Source: Octopus vulgaris
Taxonomy: Eukaryota
Length of the DNA stretch: 64,000 nt
NCBI GenBank assembly: GCA_951406725.2
Contig: OX597832.1
Location: forward strand, 10,912,001 to 10,976,000
Reading direction: 5' to 3'
Shown here: piece by piece, positions 1 to 13,423 of the stretch
Layout of the letters: every line of letters starts with the position of its first letter
How positions within the stretch are numbered: the stretch's first letter is position 1
Translations under genes and position numbers: made by a program
Notes under the pieces: model-generated
Seen by the model: only the letters and a program-made list of their open reading frames with translations
Told to the model about the DNA's origin: nothing
The model's database searches: none

Positions 1-296
1 CTTTTTCTGTTCTATATGTTTTGCCCCAGTTTTCGTTTTTTCCTTCCGTGTCTAACTTTTGAGATAAATATATATATGTATGTGTGTGTGTGTGAGACAG
101 AGAGAGAGAGCGTGTCGATGTGTCATAATTTAGAATAAACAGTAAAAAGTTGTCATTATAGTGCACGGGGTTTCAAATGTCGGAGCAAAGAGCTACGATG
201 CATTCTCGCCGACTATTGAACGCTTTGAAAAACCGTTGAATAAAAGGGAAGTTATTCTAATAGGTAGAAACGAAAAAAGAAAAAAGGGGAAAATAC

Positions 297-335
<39 letters not shown>

Positions 336-1408
336 TGTGAATGTATGTCTATATATATATATGTATAATGTTACGTGTATCAATATAAACAGCTATGTAT
401 ATATGACGATAAGGTTACGTACACGCACACACACATACATATATATATATATATAGATACACACATGATGCGTGTATGTTTGAATGTGTGTGCTACTATG
501 AGTACGTACATACGCATAGATATTTGTGTGAGTTTGTAAGCATGTAGACGTGAACCCAGGAAGTTTATGTCTATATATTGTGAGAATATGATTGCGTGTA
601 TTTTTTTATGGTTTTCCTTTTTTCCTTCTCTAACTATTAGAGTGAGTTCCCTTTTCTCCGATGGTTTCTCAGAGTGTCATATATATATATATATATATAT
701 ACATATATACGAAAACAAAATATAAGTTACTATATTTTTAATAACCTATTACTGTTGTTACAGTACCATTTTGTTTTTAACGACATTATGTAAAAATGTT
801 TCGTGTAAAACTTTATGTAACATTAGGTTATCACTTCATCAGAATATGATGAAAATGTGTACTGTAGCATTTTGAGGCTGTCCAGCGTCATAAATAAATT
901 ACTTAAACCGCAGTTATTACGTAACTTTCAAATGAATTTCCTGCGTGGGAAGGCATAAGAATAGCAGAGTTCCTAAAGTCTGTCATATTTGGAGTATATT
1001 TTATCCTTAGGTGTTCTGAAAGTTCTTTCTTCGCCAGCAAAATGCAAGAATGCAGATAACCCCGAGCAGGAGTTAAATGCTGCACTGAAAATACCTCAAT
1101 TTCTTTACACCTTAGGGTACATACTGGGATCCCTTTACACTGTAAACACAAGGTGTCTTGAATGTTAATCATATATGTCGATATAGTAAAGCGGTTATTA
1201 CGTATGGGGAAATGAATTCCTGACACCTAATATTATCGAAAAGCTTTTGGTTGTTCAAGTAAAAGATAATATAACCGGATTTCATTTAATTAATATCAGG
1301 AAATTAAATGAAAAAATCTTGTATGTTGTACAAGTTGTTTCAAGCATTTATATAGTTATAGTTCGATTTCAATATTCAAAATTAATAAAAAAGATCTCAC
1401 TTATAGTG

Positions 1409-1448
<40 letters not shown>

Positions 1449-1844
1449 TTAAGCTTGGACATAGGGTCCATCACATAAGTGATTCTAGTGATTTCTAATC
1501 TCAGAACTAGACAACAAATAATCGTCGAATAACCACAAAATATTACTGGAATAATTGATAATTAACAGAATGCAACTCCTTTGTGAATCGAACATACAGC
1601 ACAAGGATCTTCAGCCCATCAACCTAGCCACAAAACAAAGTGCCTGCACTTGCATATATGTGTGTGTGTCTTTGTGTTTGAGAGAGCTTCTAAATTTCAT
1701 TATACACGGCTAAAATTGCTTTTTATGTATGTAAGAGATATGATGGCAACTCCATCTTGAAATATGTAAATATATATAAGTATGTACGTATCTACGTATG
1801 TATACATGCATGTATGTATGTTTGTATAAATGTGTAAGTTTATC

Positions 1845-2410
1845 ATTCTTTGCATTGGTGAATAAAAACGTTATTGAAAACATGATAGAATTAAATAATT
1901 TCTTCGAGACAAGCGTCTTTAGAAACTTCTGTATTTTTGTTATCAGTTGAAGAACCAGAATGATTTGCTGTTGGCTAAATAAAAATGGAGAGAAATAATA
2001 ACAATAACTACACTAGGAGATGAAAGTGCATATAAAATGCGACTTGAACGTAGATCATTGAAGGAAATTATCGAATTCTTATGCTATTAAATCCGGAAAT
2101 GAATGCTAGAATAGACAATCGGATGAAAGGATTTAAAGCTAGTTTGCTTGTATGGACAAAACCGTCAAAGACGATCGAAAGTTCATTGATTCTATATGAG
2201 CCCAAGTCTGTAAGGCAATACGGAGAATTCTATGACAATAGTGTAATGTCATTATGAACAAAACAACAATTGTAAAGCGAAACTCCACTTGAATGAAAGA
2301 GAACGTAGAGTTTGGTAGATACATAGAGACAAAGGAAAACTTAATATTAATTCTATCTATTAAAAGAATCTGTTTGTGATGAAAAGCATCGCGTACATGA
2401 ATGCAGAACC
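1845..2410 (+). repeat. Copy 1 of an old local duplication (partner at ~3245-3802)
   Basis: Colinear shared blocks with the partner: ATTAAATAATTTCTT (1890/3298), CTTATGCTATTAAATCCGGAAAT (2078/3485), TTAATATTAATTCTATC (2341/3735), AATGCAGAAC (2400/~3793). Confidence 0.85.
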
Positions 2411-3244
2411 TGTCGGAATCTGATAAAATCAGAAAATATTTATTTCGTCATTTATCCACCGTGTTTGCCACAGAAGTTGATAACATGTTTTTGTAACGTC
2501 CGATACTGTAGATTTATACAGAGGTAAAAAAAATGCCATTGTTATTAGATTTAAGACGTTTAATCTTGCAATGGGACATCTTATGTCTTTCATGGAACAT
2601 GTGCTTACAATAAAAAATGTGTCATCTGTAAAATCCTTATACAAGCCTTAGTGTAATGTCTCAAGTATGAACACAGAAGATGCAAGATGCGCGTATAATA
2701 TTGCATATGTTTTGCGTCTTTCTTTTCCTTAATCCTATAAATGTTAATTCAAAAGAGAAAAAAAAAACAATATTGTGACATACGTTCTTCAACTGTTATT
2801 TTAAAATCTCTCAGTTTGGGAAAGTAAAACTAATGATTCTCGCAAATAAACATTTAGATTGCTGTCTCATTAAATTATTGCGTAATTACATTGGCTAAAC
2901 TATTCCAAATGGGCAATTCTAAGTTAGTTCAGAGATTTGCTCAACACTTGGGTGAAGTATATCTAAACAGCCATTGATTAATCACGAAATGATTTTCTTG
3001 GTCCATTTCTCTATCTTTCTGCTTGAATAATATTTGTACTATCCACCCATTGACCCTAGTACCTATTCATCGAAATACATACTCAATCACACACAAATAT
3101 AAGAATATCTTTAGAAAACACGCACGACATACATTTGTGCACATATGCACTTTGATGGGTATGAGTGTAGTTGTGTTCATCGAACTATGATGGCGAGCTA
3201 GTAAAATGCACAGAAGTGTATATCTACAAAAATCAATTCATGCG

Positions 3245-3802
3245 TTTTATTGTTCCGGCGCTCTTGGTGAAATACTGTGTTTTACATAAGCTATTAGATT
3301 AAATAATTTCTTACAAGCAAACGCTTTAAGAAATTTCTCTTTTTTATCTTCATTTAGAGAACCAGAATGGCAAACTATTGACTAAATGAAAGGGGGAAGA
3401 TATAATGAAAATAGCTACACTAGGACATGTACGATCACGTCAGATGCTTGCTGCACCCAGATTATTGCAGGAAATTATAGAGTGCTTATGCTATTAAATC
3501 CGGAAATAAATGCTAGGATAGAGAATCGGATGAAAGCCTTTTATAGTTTGCTTGTACGATCAAAACCGAAGCCGTACGAAAGATCATTGATTGACTATAA
3601 GCCCAGTTCTTTCAGGCGATATAGTAAATTCTTTGACAATAGCAACGTCGTTGTGAACAAACGGTGTATGTCACACGATACTCGACTGCGATGAAAAGGA
3701 ATAAAGTATTCTCTAGATAAAGTGAAAAGTAAAGTTAATATTAATTCTATCCATTAAGGGACACTTTCTATGACGAAAAACTTGGCAACGTTAATGCAGA
3801 AC
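3245..3802 (+). repeat. Copy 2 of an old local duplication (partner at ~1845-2410)
   Basis: Same colinear blocks at an offset of ~1.4 kb. Confidence 0.85.
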
Positions 3803-5669
3803 TAGTAAAGTAAAAGAAACAAAAAATGTCTTCGTGATGTACAGTGCCGAAAGAGAATATCATCGTAGTTCATGTGCGGTCAACATCTCTCAAACCTTTT
3901 GTTTCAGAGAAGGAAAAAATTGGATTTGCAATGTAAAGTGTTCACACTTGCTATATAGCGGTGAAGTTGACCTCATCGCATAAACCTGTTGTTGCATATT
4001 TCAGAGTATTACATCTGCCTGCAATGATAAGAATGATCATCTCGGTATTACTTACAATAAATGGACACAGTTAGTTGTTAAATACTGCATGGCATTCAAA
4101 TAACTCGAGAATGGAAACAATATATGCGATGTATGTATAATATATTGCGGTTGCGTTGAGGTGCATATTTCAATCTGAAGAATTATAACATCAACAGAAA
4201 TAAAAGTTTAAACATTATATTCTACAATAATTATTTAAATACTTTTAAGCTGTGAAACGTAAAGGCGTAATTACGCCGAATAAACACTTCCAATATTGTC
4301 TTTTATCTAACCTATAATTATGATGTTCAAAGTGTCATTAATATATTATAGAAGAACTATTTTAGCAGTCAATACGATTTTTAACATCCTATCGGTTTAT
4401 CAATGTACCTAACTGCCTGTCTACGTATCTAGTTTTATAGTTGCTGATAGATTTGTTTCTATCTCAGTCTATCGAAAAATCTATCAATTTATTTGTGTGT
4501 ATCCATTTATCTCTATTCTATATATCTCTCTTTGATCAAATTTGTTATATCTACACTCACAGACACAAACACACATGTGATTGCATTTGTGTGTATGTGC
4601 GAGTGTGTGCGTTTGTGTGTGTATTGATACATCTTCCAAGTTGTGCTAAAGTACACTTTAGAACAACGTCTGTACACAATCCTTAACTTTATCATCAGTC
4701 TGCTACTTGCCTAAATGCGATTTCATTTAATTGATAATGTGTGGTGTAGGGGATATACGTTCTCACAATATGCAACTAGTATATATAATAATTATGGAGA
4801 TTATTCAGGATTTCCTATTAAATCAAGATGGGAATATGCAATCAAATGAAAATATTCAAAATTAACTTGATTATTTCATCAAGAAAATCAAATTCAATCG
4901 TAAGTCCACTCAAATAATATGGTTACAATTATTTGATACAAGTATAAAATTGAAAGACAATAGAGCAAAGGGACAATTGAAAATCAAAATTTAGTTCACA
5001 AAAATAGAAAGAATGAAAGAAAGAAGCAGCTCAAATATTTCTGGAATCTGTATTTTTCAAAATGTCTGACATCGACGCAAAATTTGTCTGATATTAATAA
5101 TTTTCGTAAATAACCGTCACAGTGATTGCTCGCAGCGCGTACCACAAATAAACGCAATATAATTTCGTGTTCCTTTTATCTTTCTCTTAGCGAAGTGTCT
5201 TATGTAATATATTTCGTATATACTTGCAATGAGGTTGAATTTTTAGAGTTCTCATTAAGCTGTCATTTGTTCTTGTTTTAAATACATACATCATAGCTAT
5301 TCATTCTGCGATTATCAGCAGACTCGAGGATGGAAAGAACGTATTCATGTAGAGCACAAGATATTTTGCAAGCATTGAGATGATAATTAAGGTCAAAAAG
5401 TAAATGTCGACGAGCATTATTTGAACATGTTTCAGCTTTGCAAAGTGAAGGAGATAATTATACCGAATGAGTTCTTCCATTGTTGTCTCTCGAAGCTAAC
5501 ATGTAATTATATTGGCCAAAGTGTTTTTAATGCATTTAACTATTCAGGCAAAATTCAATCATCAAATCAGAGACCTGCCTACAACCGGGATAAAAATAGT
5601 CGATCGTTAATGGAATGTGCGTTTTGATCTGTATACACACTATCACTCATACATTCATACACAGTCACA

Positions 5670-6175
<506 letters not shown>

Positions 6176-6287
6176 TGAGTGCAAGATTTCCATAAAATCT
6201 ACTTGTTTTTGTTTGTGCTATGTGCGTATGTACTTTGTGTGTGTTGAATGTATCTCTCTCTCTATATGTTTGTTTGTTTCTCTCTCT

Positions 6288-6319
<32 letters not shown>

Positions 6320-6349
6320 CATATACATGGACATACAAAAACACGCACA

Positions 6350-6389
<40 letters not shown>

Positions 6390-8154
6390 TCATTGTGATT
6401 AACAGTATTGTGTAAAAACGTCTGCTACACTTGCTATGTACGTTGTAACAACTAATGGTGTTAAGTATAATAGTATGCAAAGGACTCTACAGGAAGTAGA
6501 GTGAACGGTGATTATCAAAGACGATGCTAAAATTAAGCATTAACTGTCTTATATCTAGATGTACAGGCAAAATATGCTCTGTCTGTGTGTGTATGTGTAT
6601 AGTCGTATGTTTGTGTGTGCATATATATATATATATATATACACTAGATGATTTTCTCTCACTCTGCTTTTATTTCAATCCAGGTGATTTTATGAGAAAT
6701 TTCGGCATTTGTTTGAGAGTAATAATAACAGTTAAATTATACGGGTGCCTCTTTTCGTTCATGGTACATGCCATGCAGCTCCAGGAACCATAATAATTCG
6801 AGTCATTACGCAATTTTTGTCTGGATCCATTTATGTGTTTGCGAAAGAACTAATTGCAAATGCAGTTCTAAACTACATTTTTCTTTCGGTTAAGAATCCG
6901 ATAAGACACGGATTCTGATAAGTAATATTTCATTAAATAGTATACATATAGTTATAGACTGGTTACCATTTCATTTTTGCTCATTTCCTGGTTTAGACTT
7001 TGTGCACAATCTATTGCTCTTTTTAAAATGAATTAACGGTATATATTAATAAGCCTGAACTTGGATACTCTAATGAATGTACGGTATATTGAGAACATAT
7101 AAATACCAATATGTTGTTTTAGCTTGTGTCGCACATGTATTCTATAAGTATTCTATAGATATTCTATATATTTTATAAAATAATTAACCTTCCTTATTGA
7201 AGTTTGTTCACTTCTTCGTGCTCATTTTATTGATTCTAATAAACAATGCGATAGAATATTTTATTGCATAAGTATTATATATAAATATCATGCCCTCAGC
7301 TATATGTGTATTGAAATATTATAGAAATACGACATTCTGAATGACTTTCCATACCGTATATATAATTGCTATTTACTGTTTTCAATGCATGGTTTGTGTA
7401 AATAACTATGACATAAAATTATCGAAATAACTTAAGCGTATATTCATAATTCTTTGATGAATTTACATCCCATTTGTTTTACTTTCATTTTGCTTTCTAA
7501 CTTGATTGATTCGTTTGTTCTTTTAGCATTCCCATTCTCAAATGCCAAATTGGTTGAGAAATTCTAGAAGAATGGAATCCATATTTCTGTTTTCCTGTCT
7601 CGTGCAGAATGCGTATAATCTAGTGAATTCTCTCACATTATCATGCAATATAAAATCACACTAGATGTTGCGATGCTCTTGGCTGACCTTTTAAACCACT
7701 TTGTGTTTCGTGTAGGAACGGAAATATCGGAATGAAAGAATTTGACACAATAGAAGTATTTTTGATTCAACGTATTGTATGTAGTGATTAAATACGTAAA
7801 CTTTCAGCATTGATTCCACATCCGAAATAACACAAACAAATACAGCTGAAGAGCAATTAACTTATAGAATTTTCCACTGGAAGTTGATTATTTTTCATGT
7901 GGAAGTGTGAAGGTATATGAATTCAAAAGAGAACACTTATAAAAACGTACAGATATAAATTAAGATTATATGCAGTTGAAGTTAAAAACACGCATATGAA
8001 ATCTCTTTCAAGAAGGCTCAATACAGCAATGTAGCAAAAGACGAGTGCTTGTGATGATTTAAATTATAAATATATATATATACCTACATTTACATATTTA
8101 CGTAGATGTAGAAATAACTGTGTGTGTGTGTTTTGTGTGTATGTATACGTGTAA

Positions 8155-8294
8155 GACCCACTGGCTTGACACCATCAAGAGTGATACCGGAATGGACATA
8201 GCCAGTCAGAAAGAAGCGACCCAGGATAGAGCTAACTGGAGGACACTGATCCAATGAGTAACCGAGAGTCGACTTCGACTGAGCGGATAGATAG
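8155..8294 (+). mobile_element. 5'-truncated RTE (BovB-like) LINE 3' end with target-site duplication
   Basis: Translates to KTHWLDTIKSDTGMDIASQKEATQDRANWRTLIQ*VTESRLRLSG, matching the RTE C-terminal WLD...DR..WR...VT.SR.RL pattern; (GATA)n tail; flanking 10-bp direct repeat ATACGTGTAA at 8145-8154 and 8295-8304. Confidence 0.85.
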
Positions 8295-8519
8295 ATACGT
8301 GTAAATGAGTGTGTGAGTGTGCGGGAGTGTATGCCGTGTGTGTGTGTGTGTGTGCGCGCGCAGCTAAATTCCGATGTGAAATACTTTTAAAACTTATTAA
8401 TGTTTAATGTCGGTTAACAGGGAAGGTAGCCACTTTCCACTTCTCTAAAATAATAATTATAATATTGTTAATGTTTATAATATTAGTAAAAATAAATACA
8501 CAAACAATACCGGCAACAA

Positions 8520-8650
8520 TCATTTCGACAATAGGCACGAGGACCGAAATTGCAGGAGAAAGTTTAGTCGATCCTAACCTCAGCTGGTGTTTACTTCTTC
8601 TGTTCCCAAAAGGAGAAAACGCAGCGTTGACCTTGGCGGAATTTCATCTC
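8520..8650 (-). mobile_element. Decayed Nin-domain SINE fragment
   Basis: GGCACGAGGACCGAAATT...GTTGACCTTGGCGGAATTT is similar to the copies at 13600 and 32060. Confidence 0.55.
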
Positions 8651-9044
8651 GATCATAGATATGGATGATTTGCCTTTAAGCATTGCATTTACAACACTAA
8701 CAATACAATACTGCAACTAGTCTTAGTGCTACATAGGTATTAATGATACATTTTTCTGTAATAAATATTAAACGTAAGGAGAGATAATTTCAGAATTTAG
8801 GACATATTGTTATTAACATGATGATATCTCAATAGGTGATTATCAAGTAAAGTTTCGTATCGCAATTGCCAATGTTGTAAAATGTAAGTTGAACGGAGAC
8901 TATAATCGAAAGTGTGGTTCGTAGAATAGAATTGTCGAGACATAAATTGTGGCATGCTTCCCTTTGAAAGTCTAGATCTTTAATGAACACCTTTAATCCA
9001 AACTTCTTTTGCTCTCTCCTTATATATGTGTCTGTATATGTATA

Positions 9045-9107
<63 letters not shown>

Positions 9108-9131
9108 CGTATGTGTATGTGTGCGTCTGTT

Positions 9132-9535
9132 TGGTACATGCCTGACTGTGTGACTCGGAATGAAAAAAAATGGTTCTCACCCACACGGTTCGAGTTTCGT
9201 CCCACTGCGTGGACCTTGGTCAAGTGTCCTTTAATGTAGCCTCGGCCTAACCAAAGACTTCTAAACGGATTTGGTAGACGGAATCTGAAAGAATATAGAT
9301 ATATGTAAATGTTTGTGTGTGTGTGTGTGTGTGTATATCTCTGTCTATGTCTGTGTGTGTGTATGTTGTTAGTCCATGACCATTGCTTGGCAACCGGTGT
9401 TGGCGTTCCTGTGTTCACGTCCCCGTACCGATAAAATAATTACCAGGCTTAAAATAGAAATAATGGGGTCGACTCGTTTGACTAAAATTTCCTCAAGCTG
9501 GATCTCCTGCATGACCGCAATCTAATGACAGCAAT
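9132..9535 (+). mobile_element. Diverged copy of the main octopod tRNA-derived SINE
   Basis: CCCACTGCGTGG..CCTTGG.CAAGTGTC, GGATTTGGTAGACGGAA, internal (TG)n and CACGTCCCCGTA blocks shared with the other copies. Confidence 0.8.
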
Positions 9536-9747
9536 TGTGATATATCCGTTCCGGCCCTTTACCTTCTGTCTACACTTCCTGCAGTTAATGGCCAGAAAAA
9601 GTTAAAACACTTGTCAAAGACTGGCATCCATGTTATAGATTACCCACTAACTTCAAAATTGCTTGCCTTTTGTATAAGCAAAAGACAGAAAATATGTCAG
9701 TAAGAAATTGAGAATATATGAGTTGGGAAATTTATGATGATCTAAAG

Positions 9748-10093
9748 AAGTGGTTCTGAACAATATTTGTTTTATTAATGGATCCCTTTGATTATTATTT
9801 TCGTCTGGTGGTCCCACATAGGCATTCAATGTTGTTTAACGAGTTTTGTAGATACTTCTTTCGAAACCCCATTTTGTTTTTCATACATTACCTTGTGTAT
9901 TTTGAACAATGTAAAACAGCTGAGAATGAAACCTCTAACTGTTTCCTGCAATATGTTAATCAAAAGTAAGACTTTTTTCATGGAACCCTAAAATGTTATT
10001 GTGGATCTTCAATTTATTATTTTACTTGTTTGAACCCTCAAAATCTTATATAGACATCCCAGCGGTCACAAGGACCCCGGTTGAGAACGATTG
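9748..10093. mobile_element. Non-autonomous hAT-Charlie-type DNA transposon (MITE)
   Basis: Ends AAGTGGTTCTGAAC / GTTGAGAACGATTG match the CAGTGGTTCTCAAC-type TIR; 8-bp TSD ATCTAAAG (9740-9747) / ATCTGAAG (10094-10101) fits the Charlie NTCTARAN preference. Confidence 0.8.
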
Positions 10094-10237
10094 ATCTGAA
10101 GAAAGTATAGTTCCTCGTTATCCAATTTCCAAAGTCCAATGTGGAAGGAGATTAACCAATATTACTATGTCAGGTATCTATGTACGTGTACGCAGCCATT
10201 CAGTAACGAAGGATTGACAGCGCAATCCTTTTTTGAG

Positions 10238-10590
10238 CTACTAGCAGCAGCAATTACACCCTGACAGGAACAACTACTACTACTATCACCACCACTATCA
10301 AAACCACCTCCACCACTGCTGCTGCTGCTATTACTACTGCTGTTTCTGCTACATCAGTTACCTCACCAACACGATCTGCATCTACTTCTCTTCAGTAACT
10401 TAGCTTATATGTGCTTACAAACAATATCAAATAACAAATAAACACCTACATGAGTACTACTGCTACAAAACCAGCAACAACTACTACTATTAGTACTAAT
10501 ACTACAACTGGTAGTTCTACTGTTGTTACTGCTACTACTACCACTATTACTGATGCTGCAGCTTGTACCACTACTGCTTCTGTTACTTTT
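10238..10590. repeat. Degenerate (ACT/GCT/ACC)n trinucleotide low-complexity region
   Basis: Directly visible; gives the poly-Thr ORF 10450-10695. Confidence 0.85.
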
Positions 10591-11707
10591 AGAATGACAT
10601 CAATAACACTCACAATGCTGTGTGCATATAGAGCTCTTTTGAAGTATTCGAGCTCATGTACGATGCTGAAAACTGTTCCTTTGAAAGGAAGATGATATGG
10701 ATCAACATATGAAGAATGTTATGGAAAATTACTTTGAAAAACGGAAAGGCAAATATATTTCTCGTGTAAAGCTATGAAGGATGATTTGAATTTGAAGACA
10801 TATACATTACAGCATCAGATAAAATGTATCTGATTAGGTCTCGCCTTTCTATTAAAACTCATTATATTGCTATGATGGATGAACTTTGTTAGTCTACATA
10901 CATACCAAAACTATGTACATTAAATTACTTTTAAATGATAAGAAACAGTAACGATTTACCTGATCGTCTTTTAATAGGAATAATTAATTTCTATAACATA
11001 TCATAAAAGCATCTGATGCATAAACACAGGTAAATATTTGGAGCTGGATTAAGAGACGACTAATTCCAAAAAAGAATTATACGACTTTCATATTGTACGT
11101 CTCAGGAAGCGAGGAAAAATAATGTCAGCCTCGAGAAGATTTAGATTCGAACTTTAAGAGCGATATAGTCGCATTGGCTCTGAGATATTCTTTCATGCAT
11201 ATTTTTTTTCTGAGCTTTCTAAATAAATATTTCAAAACATATTTATGTTTGTGTGCATAAGTATATATATTTGACTGTGTGCGTGCGCATTTTTTTTTTG
11301 TGTGTGTTTATGTGTGTGTAAACTACGCCTGAATGCAAATTCCATATTAAATTTCAGATTCATATCTTAAAATATCACAAAGTTTTAAAATATATGTACT
11401 CTTAAACTTATATGTACTCTTAATCACTACTTTTAGAAATTTCTCGAGATACATATTTCTAAGATGTAGGAAAAACTTTAGGTGGTTTGGCAGCGTATTT
11501 GATAAGTGCCTTAGTTCAAAACTGAAAGAGTTTGAGTATGTTTTATAATGATCCCGACTTGTAAAACTTTATATACTTCTCTCCACGTATTCAACTCAAT
11601 CTCTTCCGAGTCAAAAGACAAGCTATCAGGGATACACACGTGCACTCACACGCGCACACGCACATTAACACAAACATATACATATTGTATTTGTATACAT
11701 ATATAAA

Positions 11708-11870
11708 GGCGTAGGAGTGGTTGTATTGTAAGTAGCTTGCTCACAAACCACATGGTTCCGGGTTCAGTCCCACTGCGTGGCACCTTGGGCAAGTGTCTTC
11801 TACTATAACCTCGGGCCAACCAAAGCCTTGTGAGTGGATTTGTTAGACGGAAACTGAAAGAAGTCCGTTG

Positions 11871-11930
<60 letters not shown>

Positions 11931-12150
11931 CGAGTGTGTATACGTTTGTGTGTCTGTGTATGTCCCCCCAAAATCGCTTGACAATCGATGCTGGTGTTTT
12001 TGCGTTCCCGTAACTTAGAGGTTCGGCATAAGGGAACGATAGAATAAGTACTAGGCTTACAAATAATAAGTCCTGGGATCGACTTGCTCGACTAAAGGCG
12101 GTGCTCCAGCATGGCCACATTCAAATGACTGAAACAAGTAAAACGAGAAA
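11708..12150 (+). mobile_element. Full-length octopod tRNA-derived SINE with internal (TA)n(TG)n
   Basis: GGCGTAGGAGTGG..TGTAAG head, B-box-like GGTTCAGTCCC, body GGCACCTTGGGCAAGTGTCTTC, 3' GGCGGTGCTCCAGCATGGCC...TGACTGAAACAAGTAAAA; near-identical copies elsewhere in the window. Confidence 0.92.
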
Positions 12151-12239
12151 TATAGAGAGAAAGACATGGTACTATATTGACCTCTTTGCTCGAAAGCAAA
12201 GTTAAATCTTTCCAAAGCAAAATACTAAAGAAAAGTCTT

Positions 12240-13378
12240 CTTTTTTAAAAACACAAAGAAAAGAGTAGGCATTCCATTATGAATTGATTTCACTTCCTTG
12301 TGGAATGGTACTTTTAAAGTTCATCAGCTAGTAGACTATTTTAAAGATATATTCACCATTCCATGTGTGTCAGATAAGCTGACTTCCAAACGAGCAACAG
12401 CGAGCAAGTATATATTCAAATTTCAAATAAGATATCATTATCTTTAAAAAAAATTATTATAAAGTGGACAGCAAATATAATAATAAAAAGGCCTGCATAA
12501 TAGGCAAAAATGTATTATTAAAAGGCAGGATACAATATGCACATGTTCGCTGGAAAGCGTAGTTAAAACTCTCCAGAGACACGTATCTCGTACTATATGT
12601 AAACACGCACGGACAATGTAGCAAATGTACTAGAAAACATGCATCTTATTTGTAAAACCACAAAGAGAATAGTAGATGTGGCAGTATCTAATGATTTCGC
12701 TGAACAGACGCGCACGGAATGGTAGATATATTTTAAAAATAATTTACGTAGTAAGCCTAGCTGATGTCTGTAAGTGTCATTCGACACAGAAAGTGAAATC
12801 AATTGCGGTAGCTACACATCTCTTTGTGGTTTTACAAATTGGGAGGGTTGTTTATTGGTATATTTGCTATATTCTGCGTGCATGTTTGCATATTATGAGA
12901 GATGCGTGACTTAGTAGAGTTTTAACTCTGCTTTGTAGCAAACTGTTGCGTAATGTTCTCTGCCTTTCAATAATATATATTTTTCCTCTTTTGCTTATGT
13001 TTGCTGGTCACTTTATTAATTATATATTAATTATATATATTTTTAAAGATAATGATAACTTATTGAATTTCTAATTTAGACTTGCTTCCTATTGTTTGTT
13101 TGGAAGTCGTGGGGCGTTCAGCTGAACAGACGCAAACGGAGAAGTAAATATATATTAAAATAGTTTAAGTAGCAAGCCTAGATGATGTTCATTAAGTGCT
13201 ATTCGGAACAGAAATTGAAATTAATTAATACTGGGTTGTCTAATATTTTCTTTGTGGTTTTACAAATGGGAAGGACTGTTATTTTGTATATTTGCAACAT
13301 TCTCTGCGTTTAATTAGATATAGTAATTTATGCGTGACTTTATGAGTTTTAACTCTGCTTTCTAGCAATCAGGTGCAT

Positions 13379-13385
<7 letters not shown>
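12240..13385. repeat. ~420-bp unit: inverted copies (12240-12698, -) followed by tandem direct copies (12699-13119 and 13120-13385, +)
   Basis: GCTGAACAGACGC starts both + copies; CTTTGTGGTTTTACAAAT and GAGTTTTAACTCTGCTTT recur; reverse complements ATTTGTAAAACCACAAAG (~12648), GTTAAAACTC (~12561), TATCATTATCTTTAAAA (~12433) and GACTTCCAAAC (~12381) lie upstream. Confidence 0.88.

Positions 13386-13423
<38 letters not shown>

Noticed and set aside
903-1226. 107-aa ORF on the - strand
   Set aside because: GTG start, no recognisable domain and no convincing splice context
1575-1620. - strand CTGAAGA followed by the hairpin TCCTTGTG...CACAAAGGA
   Set aside because: No GAAA box or helix I partner after the stem, so it is not a supportable hammerhead
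6680-6842. Acceptor-like TTTCAATCCAG on +, and a - strand frame containing WSCMACT (RanBP2-zinc-finger-like)
   Set aside because: Only half a motif with no second CxxC; frames are short and closed by stops
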